Assembly: GCA_052327205.1 (NCBI GenBank)
Contig: CM126230.1
Coordinates: 27,218,001-27,282,000 of the forward strand
Direction of reading: 5' to 3'
Length of the DNA stretch: 64,000 bases
DNA from: Somniosus microcephalus
Taxonomy: Eukaryota
Positions 38,478 to 52,060 of the stretch are shown piece by piece. A program made the translations under genes and the position numbers. The notes under the pieces are model-generated. The model saw nothing but the letters and a program-made list of their open reading frames with translations. It was not told where the DNA came from and did no database searches. Position 1 is the stretch's first letter; every line of letters begins with the position of its first letter.

Positions 38478-39163
38478 GAAGTTGCATTTCTATACCACTT
38501 TTCACACCCTCAGGATGTCCCAAAGCACTTTACAGCCAATGAAGTATTTTGAAGTGCAGTCACTGCTATAATGTAGGAAAAGCTGCAGCTAATTTGCGCA
38601 GAACACGGTCCCACAAACAGCAATGAGATAATGACTGTCATAAGTCTCATCATCGAGAAACTACCTATGAAATAACACTGGACGGCCAGCTGGTGGCGCC
38701 GTCCAAGGAGTATAAATACTCGGGCATTGGCCCCAGCTTTCCAGGGACATTTTGTCAGACAAGGAACTAGTGAAATACAACTAGACCTCCATGTTCTGAA
38801 ACAAGTTGATTAAAGCCTTGCTTTATGCTCAAACCAAGTGTGTAGTGAGTTTTATTACGTCAATGAGCAGATAATCAGTTTTAGTAATGTTGGTTGAGGG
38901 ATAAATATTGGCCAGGATATTGAGGTGAATTCCCCATGTCTTCTTTGAAATAGTGCCATGGGATCTTTCACATGCACCCGAGAGGGCAGGTGGGGCCTTG
39001 GGTTAATGTATCATTCGAAAGACAGCACCCTCCGACAGTGCAGCGCTCCCTCTGTACTGCACTAAAGTGTCAGCCTAAATTATGTGCTCAAGTCTCTAGA
39101 GTGGGTCTTGAATCCACAACCTTCTGACTCAAAGGTGAGAGCGCTACTACTGAGCAAAGGCTA
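38478..39163 (-). mobile_element. SacSINE1-like DeuSINE containing a nested solo LTR
   Basis: Full reverse-complement match to the 37351 copy apart from the insertion at 38636-38862. Confidence 0.88.
38636..38862 (+). mobile_element. Solo LTR (227 bp, probably Gypsy-type)
   Basis: TG...CA ends (tgtcataa / ttacgtca), TSD ATGAC/ATGAG, TATAAATA box and downstream ATTAAA. Confidence 0.78.
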
Positions 39164-39708
39164 ACACTTGCCATCACTTAAAAAATAGCCATTACAGGTC
39201 TCTCTTTTCGAGCATTCATATTCTAACAAGAAAGAAAATTGGGTGAAATCAAAGACATCATAAGCAATATGTAGTAATTAGGGTTATTCTGTCCTTGTCT
39301 TTATGATAATCCTGGGAATCAGTGGGGGAATACACATATAAACATCTGTTCCAGGATATGAAGAAGTTGATATTGCTGTTCTTATTACTGTCGCAATAAG
39401 GATTACTGTAGATCTTTTCCATTTCTTACAGCAAATGTCCCACACTTGATGCTCTGGTGAAACTAACACAGGACACATGGACAGACCCCAACAATTCCAA
39501 GCTTGTATCTTTAGCTGATATATGCATATCTAACTTCAACTCTCCTACTGCAGACAGAGAATTTGTACATCGGGCTTACCATAAACCTCAGTACTGAATG
39601 TGGTGGAGATGAAAAACTGTACGAAACTCATCATTACATCTTGGTTTCAGAACTGCTGTATTAGCTAGATCGCTAGTGAATCTCTATTATCAAATACTGA
39701 AAAAAAAT

Positions 39709-40446
39709 TGGCCTGGAATTTGCAGTAGTAATAAGAGCGAGGCTGTCAGCGCTCGCTGTTATTACTGCGTAAAACTGACCGCAACTTCTGGAGTCCGCAC
39801 ATGCACAATTAAATGCGGCAATCCAGAAGTTGCTGTCAGAGACACCCTGCTCCTCCATAGGGTGCGCTGTTGCAGTCTTCGCAGATGGAATCATTTAAAA
39901 ATCACTGATTTGTCATGAACTTCAACTACTTACACACTATTCTCATTTTAAGGAGCAATGATAAAGTTAAGCCTTGTTCAATCAGGAGTAACTGAGTTTT
40001 TAACAGTGTACTAAATCATAATTACTGCTGAACAACCTCTCTGGCCCTGAAAAACTAATTTTACAAGTGTGGAGTCTCATTCTCTCAGAACATTAAAAAT
40101 TGCAAAATTTTCATAAAATAAATTTAAAAAAAAGTTTTTGTTCTGATATTTACGTTGCTCACTTAACCCCATGTGTATGTCCCAATCTTTATTTTGCTTT
40201 CTGTACAATGATTTAAATGCGTTTTATATTCCCTGCTTTTTACTTCCTGCTTTGCTGTCTGTGAGAATTCTTCAATCTGATCAGCCTGCCTGCTGCCTGC
40301 CCTGTTGCTCGACGCCACAGATCCCCTGTATAAGGCGCCAAATTGAAACGGACGCCAGAAAAATGGAAGTCTACGTGGGCAGCTTTTTTTCCCCAACGTC
40401 AGCGGCGAGCGTAGTTCCTTCACCGCTGACTGCAAACTCCAGGTCA
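39709..40446. mobile_element. Non-autonomous DNA element with TIRs and internal hairpins
   Basis: tggcctggaatttgcagt / actgcaaactccaggtca; internal perfect 12-bp stem gcaacttctgga / tccagaagttgc; AT-rich centre. Confidence 0.75.
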
Positions 40447-42027
40447 ATATGCAGTTGCTAATGTTATCCCCATCCCTAATAACACATTCCCTAGTCACAG
40501 CAAGTACATATTTGAATCATCTTCTGATGACAATTATAATAGTCTTCCAGTATGTGCAAGCAAAGATTATATTTTAAAAGGAAAATGAAGATTCACCCAA
40601 GAAGGGATTTTGATACAATAAGTGTTTTAAGAACACAAAATTATCACATACAAATGTGGGTGTGGGTAGAGTGCGGTGGTAAGGGGGATTGCGGTGTGCA
40701 AAAAATCATCAACATTTATATAAAAGTTCTTGAACTTTCATGATGACTAACACAAATTGTGCTGGTTTGGTTTTAAAAGGGTCTGCAGCTACCTGCATCG
40801 GGAAAAAGATGATACGAATCCTGAATTCAATTAAAAAGGTAGAACAAGGTTCAAAATAATCTGGACAGGACAAAATATATTGGAGTCTGATCTAACTAGG
40901 TTCAATCAGTTTTCTTCAGTTATTCAAAATATTTCATAACAGTGTAGATATGTGACAATTTCAACTGTTTGTGCAATGTGCAAATCTTGTTTTATTTTGT
41001 AATTTTTGAAAGTCTCTGGCAAAATGGGGACCAATTATTTTAAGTATCGAACCTCTAAACTCAGCTAGAGACCATTGTAGGCCCAAGTTTCTGAGTCGAA
41101 GTGAGGTTGAGAGTTCTGGTTCTCCCAAGCATACCAAATCACAATTGCAACTGATTTGATAAAAGTTGTAGCCTGGTTAGGGTTGGAGAGGGATGGGGAA
41201 CCATCAAGACATACTTTATATTCCTATCACAGATTTGAAGTCTCTAAATTAAATAATACGCTTTTCTGGTAAATACCTACTGGTCTATAATCCTTGGTTT
41301 AAGACTGATGTCACATTCTGCTCCAGTGAGAAATTACAAGAAGAATCAAAGACTGCATATGAAGGCGGTGATAACACAACCTTATTAAAGACGACATTGT
41401 TCCAATCACTTGATTGGAACTGTTGTCAGATGACTGCCACAGAACCCTTAAACTCAAGAGGTTGCGTGCATCCAACCATAAATTAAATGATAAATAATGT
41501 TCTAGAAATGCATCTATCTTCGTACACTTCTGACAGCTTCCCTACTTAAACTTGAAATACCTGTTTAATTAAATAATTATTCTGCCTTTCCATAGCTAAC
41601 AAATTGCCTAGATTATCTGTACCAGGTACCAACTGCAGAACCTGAAGAAAGCCAATCAATTCCACACTTTTCTCTTCCCCCCCAGTATTAGCTGGTCCAG
41701 GGTGTGGAAGTTGGAAGGATTGGAAAAGGAGAAAGTTGCATTAAGTATCTAAAGATTAGGAACAAAAAAGTGGAATCATTTATTTATTTCTAGGTTATAT
41801 TTCAGTATGGTGTATATTATAATTAGGCATCAGTGTTTTAATGAGGCAAAACAACTATTGAATCATGGTAGTTAGTGACTTTTAATGGAAAACTGATGCA
41901 CATTAGGTTTTGCAACATTTATTTTCTAAGCCTTCACAAGCTTGTTCCGGATTGTAGCTCTATTTAGTTTTACGACCATCAGAACCAATCTACTAGCTGA
42001 ATTGTTACTAAATATTATTACATTACA

Positions 42028-42760
42028 CAGGCCCGTAATTTCCAAAAGGAGGCTTCCTGCGTGCGGATGCCTCCCATCGGAAAAAAAATCTACGCCCTTG
42101 CCCGAGGACTCCCGAGGTCTGGACACATCCGCTCCTGGGCCTCTCCACAGTCGAAATGCGCAGGACCCACGTATCCCAGGGGCGCAGGCGGTTCGCAAGC
42201 ATCCCTGGGATCACGTGGGCCAGGCGAGCCAATGAAATAAGGGAATCCCCCTTCATACTTTCGACAGATAGACCTGTCAAAAGTATGAATGGGGATCACC
42301 CCAAAAAGACACTAAAACATTAAATAAATAAATAAAATAAAAATCATGTTTTTAAAATGACATTATTAAATTAAATATTTTAAACAAAAATTTATTTTTT
42401 GAAAAAAATAAAGTTTTTTTTTTTTTACAGGGCTAAAAATAAACTTACCTTTTTAAAAGTATTTTAAAATGATAAATGAGCGAATTTTTAAAAAAACTTT
42501 TTAAAACTCTTATGCTGGTCAAAGCAGGCCTTATGTCTGCTTTTACCAGGCGTAAGATTTCTAAGGGTTTTCAGCAGGCGGAGGTTCTGCAGAAAGTGGA
42601 ACTCTCCCCCCGCAGAGGCCCTTCTCCAGCATTCTTGACAGATCGGAAATGCCGGTTTTCAGCGCATGCGCTTTGCATGCCTGAAACCGGCATTTCCGCT
42701 GTCTCTACGGGTGTGTACACAGCGCGTACACACCCATAGGCATCGGAAAATACGGGCCTG
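42028..42760 (+). mobile_element. Non-autonomous DNA element (PIF/Harbinger-like), copy A
   Basis: TIR caggcccgtaatttcc / ggaaaatacgggcctg; CpG-rich arms, AT-rich core; homologous to 46562-47266 in the opposite orientation. Confidence 0.8.
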
Positions 42761-45434
42761 TACAGTGTTACCGCATTCAATTAAAATATGTAGAAATGGA
42801 ACTAAAAAAGCATCCAAGGAAAAGAACAGAAACCCAGCACTGCACCACAATGAGATCATAAACAGGATTGTGGAAATGTCACAAAAAGGGTTTAAGAAAG
42901 AGTTAAAGGGTGAATTTAGATGTTATACCCATTCATATGGTGATGTATTTATTAGAGACTATTCATGGAGATAATCTCAGAGTTATTCACACTTGGGCTA
43001 GGTTTGAAAAGGTAAGTAAATCCCCTCATGATTACATTTTGTTGAGATCCTTTAAGTTGGAACATTTTTGAATACATTGGATGTAGTTGTACAATTTGGA
43101 ACAAACGGATGTGTGTTTTTTGTACGTTTTAGTGCACTAGGCAACATTTCAGAACAATGAAACAAAAAGAAAAAGTGGACCTTGGTGTGCAAAAACCTGG
43201 ATAGATGCTCACTCAATTAAGGTAATTATTGCCAATAGATTCTGGCAGTTGTACTTAATCTATACTACATATTTACAGTTTTTATTCCCTTCTATAACTC
43301 CAAGTACCAGCTCTGACACAAATAAACGAGTGGGCCTGAGGCTGAGCGAATCCATCCATTCTGAACTAATCAAGGACCATAAATATCATCTTCCCCTACC
43401 AGTATTCACAATTAAACACTAAATGAGTTACACAGATCACTCTGAAATTCTGTAATACACGGATATAAAAATAGTTCCACTATACGAGTTACTGAAGAAC
43501 TGATGATAGGATAATAAGCATTTAATTGTGAACCTTATTTGCATACCACTGATTCATATAAAAAGAAAATCAAACCAATCCTGGCAGTACTCTGTATTTC
43601 ATCATCAATCTCAATTGTTTGGTCTAGTGTGTGGAGCAAACACTTAGTAACTGGGTTGTAGAATTTTGATTAAAGTCAGTCAGCATGTTGCTCCTTTCAG
43701 TCCACTTCAAAGTTGACAATGGCAGTTTGTTTGGATTCAAACGACAGTAGTTGACAGTCAATACAACACTCAAACCCATTTACATGAAACCGATATTTTA
43801 TCACCTTGTTTCGATAGTGCTTTTGTCAACTAATTTCCAAGTGATAACTAATTCTGGAATAAACACATCTAATGTGTATAGATAACTTGAATCTATAGAT
43901 GTAGCTGTATCTACAACTGTAGACATAAAACCTAATTATTATTTGCCACAAAGAAAATCAGATGATTAGATTTGAAACTATCCTGCATGTTATATTGACC
44001 TCTGCAATCGCAAGCAGGTATTTTTGTTGACCAAACTCAAGGACAAGTTAATAAATGTATTACTCTTTTTATGTCTATTTATTTCCTTTCACCAACACTT
44101 CCAGTTAACCCCTTTGGTCCCTTACATTCATATAAACATAACTTCGGTCATCCTTCACAATGCTTAATCTACCATCCCTAATTCTCCTGAAGTGATGGTC
44201 TGCTCTGCTTCCTCTATGTCTCCTCCTCCTCCAGTTACTATTTTGAAACCTTTCCCACTTCCCTATTTATCCTGTTTGCTTGTCTACAAGTATCACCTCA
44301 ACTCAGGTGAAGGCCGCCCTGTCTGTAAAGTTCCCCTTACCCAGGTATATGAATTCCTTCTTCCAACACCATACCAGATTTACACAAAGGAAAAAAAGGA
44401 CATTGTAAAGAATTTTAAAAGATCCATTATATTTATTGAGGTGATTTACCAGATTTCCTGCTAATTGGTTTATCCACTAGTTTTAATTATTTTTGTGAAT
44501 TGAACAGATCACTCAATCAGGATTGGTCCAAGATGGATACCAGGGTCGGACAATGAAGGAAGCAAAGGATGATGGAGTCTACGATTGGTATGTGAAATGC
44601 AGCAGAGGGGGTCATACCTGAGGAGACAGTGGAGACTAAGTCAGAGTAATAACAGTGGATGAAATTTGCTAACATGGGAGCACAAGGTGGCTTGGGCACT
44701 TTAAATTGTGTTTTGTACCTTTTTATATGATCACTGGCTCATGGCCAAGAAATTGGAAAAAAAATGTTTGATTGATTTGATTGGCTTGTTTTACTGTAAT
44801 TGCTGGTTCCTGATTGATAGCTATGAAAAAAATTGAGCAATCTGGTTGGTTGTGTGTAGGTTGGTGCTTCATGATAGTTAGTTTTCCTTGTGTCCACTGA
44901 GTTCTGATTGTTAGGTTTTCCTACCTGTCTATACTTGAACAAATTACTGTAGCATGGTTAACTTAACAGAAAATAATTATTTGAGCCATTCATGTACAAG
45001 AGTACATAACATTGCATATGTGATGCTTTTAAGTGTGACATGCGAGATACAATTCTCATGCAGCATGGATGCGCACTAGTTAAAAGACTTTCAATTATAT
45101 AGCAATTTCTAATTTACCGTGCTGTTCTGTTGCTGTATAACTAGCAAAAGGATTTTTTGAAAGTTAAAACAGGGGTTCTCTCGGTATGTGCCAATATTTG
45201 CAGAGGGCCCCCAAGTAACTCCTACCCCCAGTTCTTCCCCTGGAATGTCAATATTTGCAGGATATAGAAAAAAAGTTTGAAAATTACAGAATTATAGGGA
45301 AGTGCAACAAAATGGGCACATAATAAAAACTGCTCTACATACAATACAGGCTCAAATTTGATCAGTATCAATGACATTGAATATTTTGACTAACATCACA
45401 AGGATCTAACCCTTTGTTCCTTTCATGCCAATTA

Positions 45435-45662
<228 letters not shown>

Positions 45663-46561
45663 TTATAGCGTAATAAACACATTCTCTTGCAACAATGCAA
45701 GGTAGATAAACCTTGTTTAAACATACATAACTAAAACCCAGTGGATATATGCTGTGACACCAGTTACTTTGCAGTCTTAAAATAAAAAAGCTGCTACAAT
45801 CAGGCTAGAATCACTACCATATAATTATCTTTACTGGACCACAAGCAATTACCATTTTCTTTTAAATTGCCTCCCAATTCCGCACGTCAAAAACTGTTTT
45901 TGGTGTTTATTCACTTATGGTTTTCTTAGAGAGGACAGTTGTATACAAACTGTATCAGTTAAACTACAAAACTAATTTGAAATTTTAGGTAATATAAACA
46001 TACCTCGGGCACAAAGTCAATGAAACACATAACAATCAGTGTATTCAAGGAAAGCTACCCTAAAAGTGAAAGATCCAATTATAGCTTTTTAATGGATACA
46101 ATACCTCAATCTGTAAGTCTTGGGTACATTTACATTACATATAGCATTGGTGCAATCACTTTCAACTTGTGCTAAATATTTGTGGAGTAAGGGCCTGATG
46201 TAACTTTAGATCACAGTGGAGTAAAACTCCCTTCTTCGAGATATCTCACTCTGCTTCTCTCTAGCTTGTTCAGGCTCCAAGCTTACACTGCTACTTTCGT
46301 TCTAGTGTGAGGCAGAACCACTTTGAACCAATACGAACATAATAGTGTAAACGTGCCCTTACTGAAGGGAATATCTAGCTGATCAAATTAAGTGACCCTC
46401 AAATTGAAAATGAACTTCTAAAACTGCTCTAGTTAAATCATTTGCATTTATTTCAATTTTATTTTGATTATTAACTCTAAAACTGCATACAGAATTTTAC
46501 TCTATGAATAAAAAGATATCTGCTTCCTTATAGGTGAAGTGAATTGGTCAAGAAGTTGATT

Positions 46562-47266
46562 GGGCCGTATTTTGCGGCCCCTACGGGTGCGTACGCGCCT
46601 GTAGGGGCTGCGCAAGTTCTGGGTTTAGGCGTGCGAAGTGCATGAGCTGAAACCTGGCACTTGCGATCTGTCAAGAATCTTGACAGATCCTCCGTATCCC
46701 CAGGAAAAGGGCCTCTGCGGGTGGAGAGTTGCGCCATTTGCCCAACTTCCGCCCACTGAAAGGCCGTGGAATTCTTACGCCTGGTACAAGCAGGTGTAAG
46801 GCCTGCTTTTACCAGCATAAGAGTTCTAAAAAATAGAAAAATAAAATGTTATCTCTCAATTATACATTAAAAACCCTGCTCAATAAGGTAAGTTTATAGT
46901 TAGCCACGTTAAAACACATAAATTTCCCCCCCAAAATTAAATTTTTGTTTAAAATATTTAATTAAATGTCATTTAAATTAATTTTATATATGTAATGTTT
47001 AAAAAAAAATTATTTCATGTGTTCGTGTATTTTTTAAGTCATCCCCATTCATACTTATGACAGTTCCGTACGTACGCAACTCCCATAAGTATGAAGGGGG
47101 ATTTCCTTCTTTCGTTGATTGGGCTGGCTCATGTGATCCAAGGGGCGTTTGCGAACCAGGAGAGGCCCAGGATTGCAAGCCTCCGTATCTCCCGGACCAC
47201 CAGGTAAATGCGTAGGTTTTTTGATGATCGGAGGCATCGGAAGCCGCCGATCACAAATTCAGGCCC
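46562..47266 (-). mobile_element. Non-autonomous DNA element (PIF/Harbinger-like), copy B
   Basis: ATT|gggccgtatttt ... aaattcaggccc|ATT; shared pseudo-ORF MLVKAGL...RRGP...FLTDRKC on the strand opposite to copy A. Confidence 0.82.
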
Positions 47267-47424
47267 ATTGTGTTTACGTGGATTTACTAAATTAGTGATA
47301 ACCAAAATGGTATTCATATAGACATATAACTACCCAGCAGCAACGTTCTCAAATTTGATGTTAGAACAGTTTGTAACGAACACCTAAGTCACAATATGGG
47401 AAATACATGCAGTTTACTACATTA

Positions 47425-47670
<246 letters not shown>

Positions 47671-49502
47671 TCAGTGACCTAGGTGGAGTGTGCAGACTGT
47701 ATACATTTTATAAGTTAAGTTAATTTCTGTCTTAGTATTTGAACAACAGGGCACATACCGATTCTGGTACAGTTTCACCTTATTCTCATTGATCTCTAAG
47801 GGCCCAAGCCAAATATATGGTATGACAAGTGGAAACAATCACTATTTATCTGATCATAACCCTTTATAATCTTTAAGACCTCTATCAGATCAGCTCTTAG
47901 CATACATAGCCCCTGAAAAAAGCCCCAACTTCAAGTCTCTACACAACCTGTAAACCTTCATCTCTGCCAACGTCCTGCTGAATTCTTCAGCCTGTATATG
48001 CCACATTGACTAACCTTTATGCAGGTCCTTTTGATCGTCAAGCGATGCAATGAAAATTTTAATTTTATCTTGTGATTGTTGTAAGTATCTGTTAATATCT
48101 TGTATAACAGAAGTTAAAATAGTCCAGTCATGTTTCCTACATCATCGAAAATGTCCAATTGTCCCTCTTTCAAAGGGAACAAGCTGTAACTTGTATGGTG
48201 TTATACCAACATTAAGGCTATATCGCTGCATTTAAAATATGCATCTCTTTCAGGATTTTGTATCTGTATTTTAAAAAGGATTTGTCTCATGCTGTGTATT
48301 TCTCAGGTCAGGCTCTGAATCTTGTTGCGAGCTTCCCATTGCACCAAATGTGGAGAAAGTTCACAGACTAAAGGAATCTTCAGCAAGATATAGGCCTCCC
48401 TCTGGGCTGATGGTGTTAACACTACTATGCGGTGTTTCTGAACCTCTGTTGGCCTTTTCTAGAGTTCACAAAAGGCATTCCGTGTGGTGGCAAGGCATGG
48501 AGGATCTCATGCGCAGCCAAATGTTCTTTTGAGGAGGCCAGATTGTAGATCATGTCTTACTATAATTGACTGCCCAAACTAACATCTTAAACTTGAGAGG
48601 GTGTGTCTCCCATCTTGGTCAGGTAATTGAAACAATTTAAATTGTATCAATTTTGAGATGGGCTTGTGGAAATCCTATGATTGTTGTTCTCGGGCTCCTA
48701 CAGGCAGCATTTGGAGACAAGGGAGCACATTCATCTCTATTACGCTTGTCTTTGTTAGTACCTGTAGTAGCATTGGCAGACTGTTCTATCAAGATCAGCA
48801 CATCTCATGACATGGACAGAGAGAGAAAGGGACGGGAACAATTTCTTCTGTATATAATTCCAAGTCTGGATATTATGGTTATTCCCAGATATCTGAAGCC
48901 ACACTTCAACTTTGCAAAGGAATGTGTGGGGCTGCCCTCCACAAGTGCCATGTCCTTCATTTTGGAATTCTTCAGCTTGTACTTTGACAGCTAGCCAAAA
49001 TCTTCAATATTAGAAGCCAGAAGCCGTCAATGTATGGTGAGATTTTGAATACTGGAACTACTACAACATAATGTAAGCTGATCACTCTACAGCCTACTGA
49101 TAAACATTATAATATATTGATATCTTATTATTACATCACCAAGCTAATGGGGCTTAAATCCAGTTTAGGCTACTTCCCATTTGACTTCACGAATGCACAA
49201 AGCTGATTTACATAAAACTATTTCAGCACATTTGTTAAGTGGTGAATATAATGCAAGTCAATTACTCGTCACAAAAATGAACTGTATATTATTACACATA
49301 AAATTATGGGCACTGCACAATAAAAGACTGGCATCATTTAAAGCATGTGCAATCAATATAATGCATTAGAAAGACATACAGGGCACATTGTTTCCTCAAG
49401 TGAAGACAAGTACTTAATAAAGTTGGATTAATAACCAGACTTCATCAATACACATAAAACTCTACACAGGACCAAAAAATAATGCATTGCGTGGAATATT
49501 AC

Positions 49503-49618
49503 CTTGCATACTCTTGTGGATATGGTGAAGAATACCAAGTATGGATTTCATACTTCCCAAATTCAATTATAGATGGGTACCGACCATGTTGGTCAACAGT
49601 AGTAATAATTCCTGTTTT
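49503..49618 (-). CDS. KAT6B: KAT6B exon 10 equivalent (start of MYST domain)
   Basis: caacag|AAA...GCAAG|gtaata; 116 nt, phase 0 to 2; [39 protein letters not shown]. Confidence 0.93.
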
Positions 49619-49676
49619 CTGTTGAGTAAATCAGCAAGATTAAAGAAAATGAATTAATTCAAAAAGCATCCAGAAT

Positions 49677-50697
49677 AAATTACATCGGATATACAGCACA
49701 GAAACAGGCCATTTGGCCCAGCCAGTCCACGCTGGCGTTAATGCTCCACTCGAGCCTCCTCCAGTCTTTCCTCATCTAACTCTATCAATGTAACCCTCTA
49801 TTCCCCTATTCCCTTCTCCCTCATATGTTTGTCTAGCCTCCCCTTAAATACATTTATACTTTTTGCTTCAACCACTCCCTGTGGTAGCGAGTTCCACATT
49901 CTCACCACTCTCTGGGTAAAGAAGTTTCTTCTGAATTCCCTATTGGATTTCTTGGTGACTATCTTATATTGATGGCCTCTAGTTATGCTCTTCCCCACAA
50001 ATGGAAACATTCTCTCTGTATCCACTCTGTCAAAAACTTTCATAATTTTAAACACCTCTATTAGGTCACCACTCGGCCTTCTTTTTTCAAGAGAAAACAG
50101 ACCCAGCCTGTTCATCCTTTCCTAATACAAGAAACTTTCTGGTATCCGGCACTGACGGGACCGAGCTGGTGCTGGTCGATCAACACTGCCGGAGAAACGA
50201 GTGCTAATGTTAAAACATACGGAGCTCAGAGCTCCGTCTGAAGCAACAAACCCTGTTGCTTAGCAACAGCTTCAAAACAGTCGGCGCAGCTTGCAAGCGT
50301 CTCTGTAGCTAAGCAACAGCTTCGGCTACACGCTTGCACAGCCACAAATGGAGAAAAAAAGCAACGAAAAGTAAAAATAGTTATCTGAACCGACTCCTGA
50401 ATTTTGCCGGTGGATAGAGCGTTCCGGATATTTAACCTCCGTTTAAACAAAAGTTTCCTGTATGTATACCCTTGCATTTCTGGTATCGACTTATAAATCT
50501 TCTCTGCACCCACTCCAGTGTCTCTATATCCTTTTTATAATATGGCGACTAGAACTGTACACAGTACTTGAAGTGTGGTCTAACCAAGGTTCGATACTGG
50601 TTTAGCATAACCTCCCTACTTTTCAATTCTATACCTCTAGAAATAAACCCTAGTGCTTGGTTTGCCTTTTTTATGGCCTTGTTAACCTGTGTTGCAA
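49677..50697 (-). mobile_element. CR1 LINE 3' fragment with nested MITE
   Basis: MNRLGLFSLEKRR...RRNFFTQRVVRMWNSLP; same subfamily as the 1143 copy. Confidence 0.92.
50128..50460. mobile_element. Tc1/mariner (Tigger/pogo-like) MITE, copy 2, inverted relative to copy 1
   Basis: TA|caagaaacttt ... aaagtttcctg|TA; shares gacgggaccgagctg and tgcttagcaacagcttc blocks with 25750-26083. Confidence 0.88.
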
Positions 50698-51549
50698 ATA
50701 TCAATCTACACTCTAAGATTGTCTGATTTTCACAAAAGAAGTTAATTTATTATATTTTTGAGGGAGACATACAGCTACAGTACTTCCCTAAAATGCTAAT
50801 TTTCCTGGTTATTTTGACATTAGCACTTTATGCATACCATTTTTAATATCAGACTATGTTTTTATACAAATACTGGTTTAAAGTCTTTTTAATTTTGGAA
50901 AGCAAATTTGAGCCAAAAATGTAATGATTTTTTTAAATTAAAGGAAAAGCATTTTCCTTGATGAGTGATCACAAATTCTGGATAACTTGTGAAACTGGCT
51001 GTGGCTCCTCAGTGGTACTGGTCTTGAAAGTATTTTCAGTATAGCACTAATAAATTAAATACTAAAAACCCAATTTCAGAACTTCACTTAAAACAGTTAG
51101 TGTTTTCCCATCAGCAAGAAGAAATTACCACATTATATTTCCTTTTGTTCTGTAATTTGATTACACAGCTCATTACATAGCTGAAATATAACTTAAACCA
51201 ATATAAAGACAATGAGATACCATGATCTGTCCCATTTTTGATGCAGTACAATATTTTCTACATTAGTATAAATGAAGCAATATTGAAGATAGGAAGCGAG
51301 AACCATTTTTTGATCTATTCTCAACAGTTTCACCACGGGGGTAAAGGTATACTTTTATAATGTTATGTTCCAAAAACGATTAGCGTCATCTTGCTGAGGA
51401 ATTAAGCCATTATGGTAACAGCTTGGCACCTGTGACCAACAACAATAGCAATATCAGTATCCAATACAACTGAGGACTTTAGCACAGTAACACACTGTTT
51501 TAAGAGTGTAAAACATGTCCTAAAAACGTTGCCACCAGGATAGATACTC

Positions 51550-52060
51550 TAAATATAGGTGTTGGGGAAATGATCCACAATTTTGCAGATGATATTAAAA
51601 CTTGTGCATGCTAGGACTGTGGAGGAGAACACATTCCTGCAAGCGGATTTAGATGGACCGGAGGAATGGATTAAACTCTGGCAAATGGTATTTAACCTAG
51701 GCAAGTGCAGGGTTAGGCCTTTGGACAGGACCAATACCAAGTATACTTCCACTTTACATGGAAGAGAAGTTGGTTGAGAGAGAAAAGGATCTTGGAGTTA
51801 TGGTTCATAATTCTTTAAAGGTTCATGGCCAATTCCAATTAGGCTTTTAGGTTGTATTAACAGGACTATTCAATACAAGACAAAAGCACCATTTGTCCTT
51901 GTACAAGACTGTGGGTTTTTAATCTGTTGCATTTTGCCTCTCCCAAGTGATTACATGGCTGGTTATGGGGAGGGGATGTCTAATCACAGTGCTTCAAGTA
52001 TCACGACTGCATGGGGCAGGCTTGATGCACCAGATGGTATTTTGCTGCCTGTCATTTTCA
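51550..52060 (+). mobile_element. Old CR1 fragment
   Basis: tttgcagatgatattaaa (FADD), LQADLD..EEWIKLWQMVFNLGKC. Confidence 0.7.
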
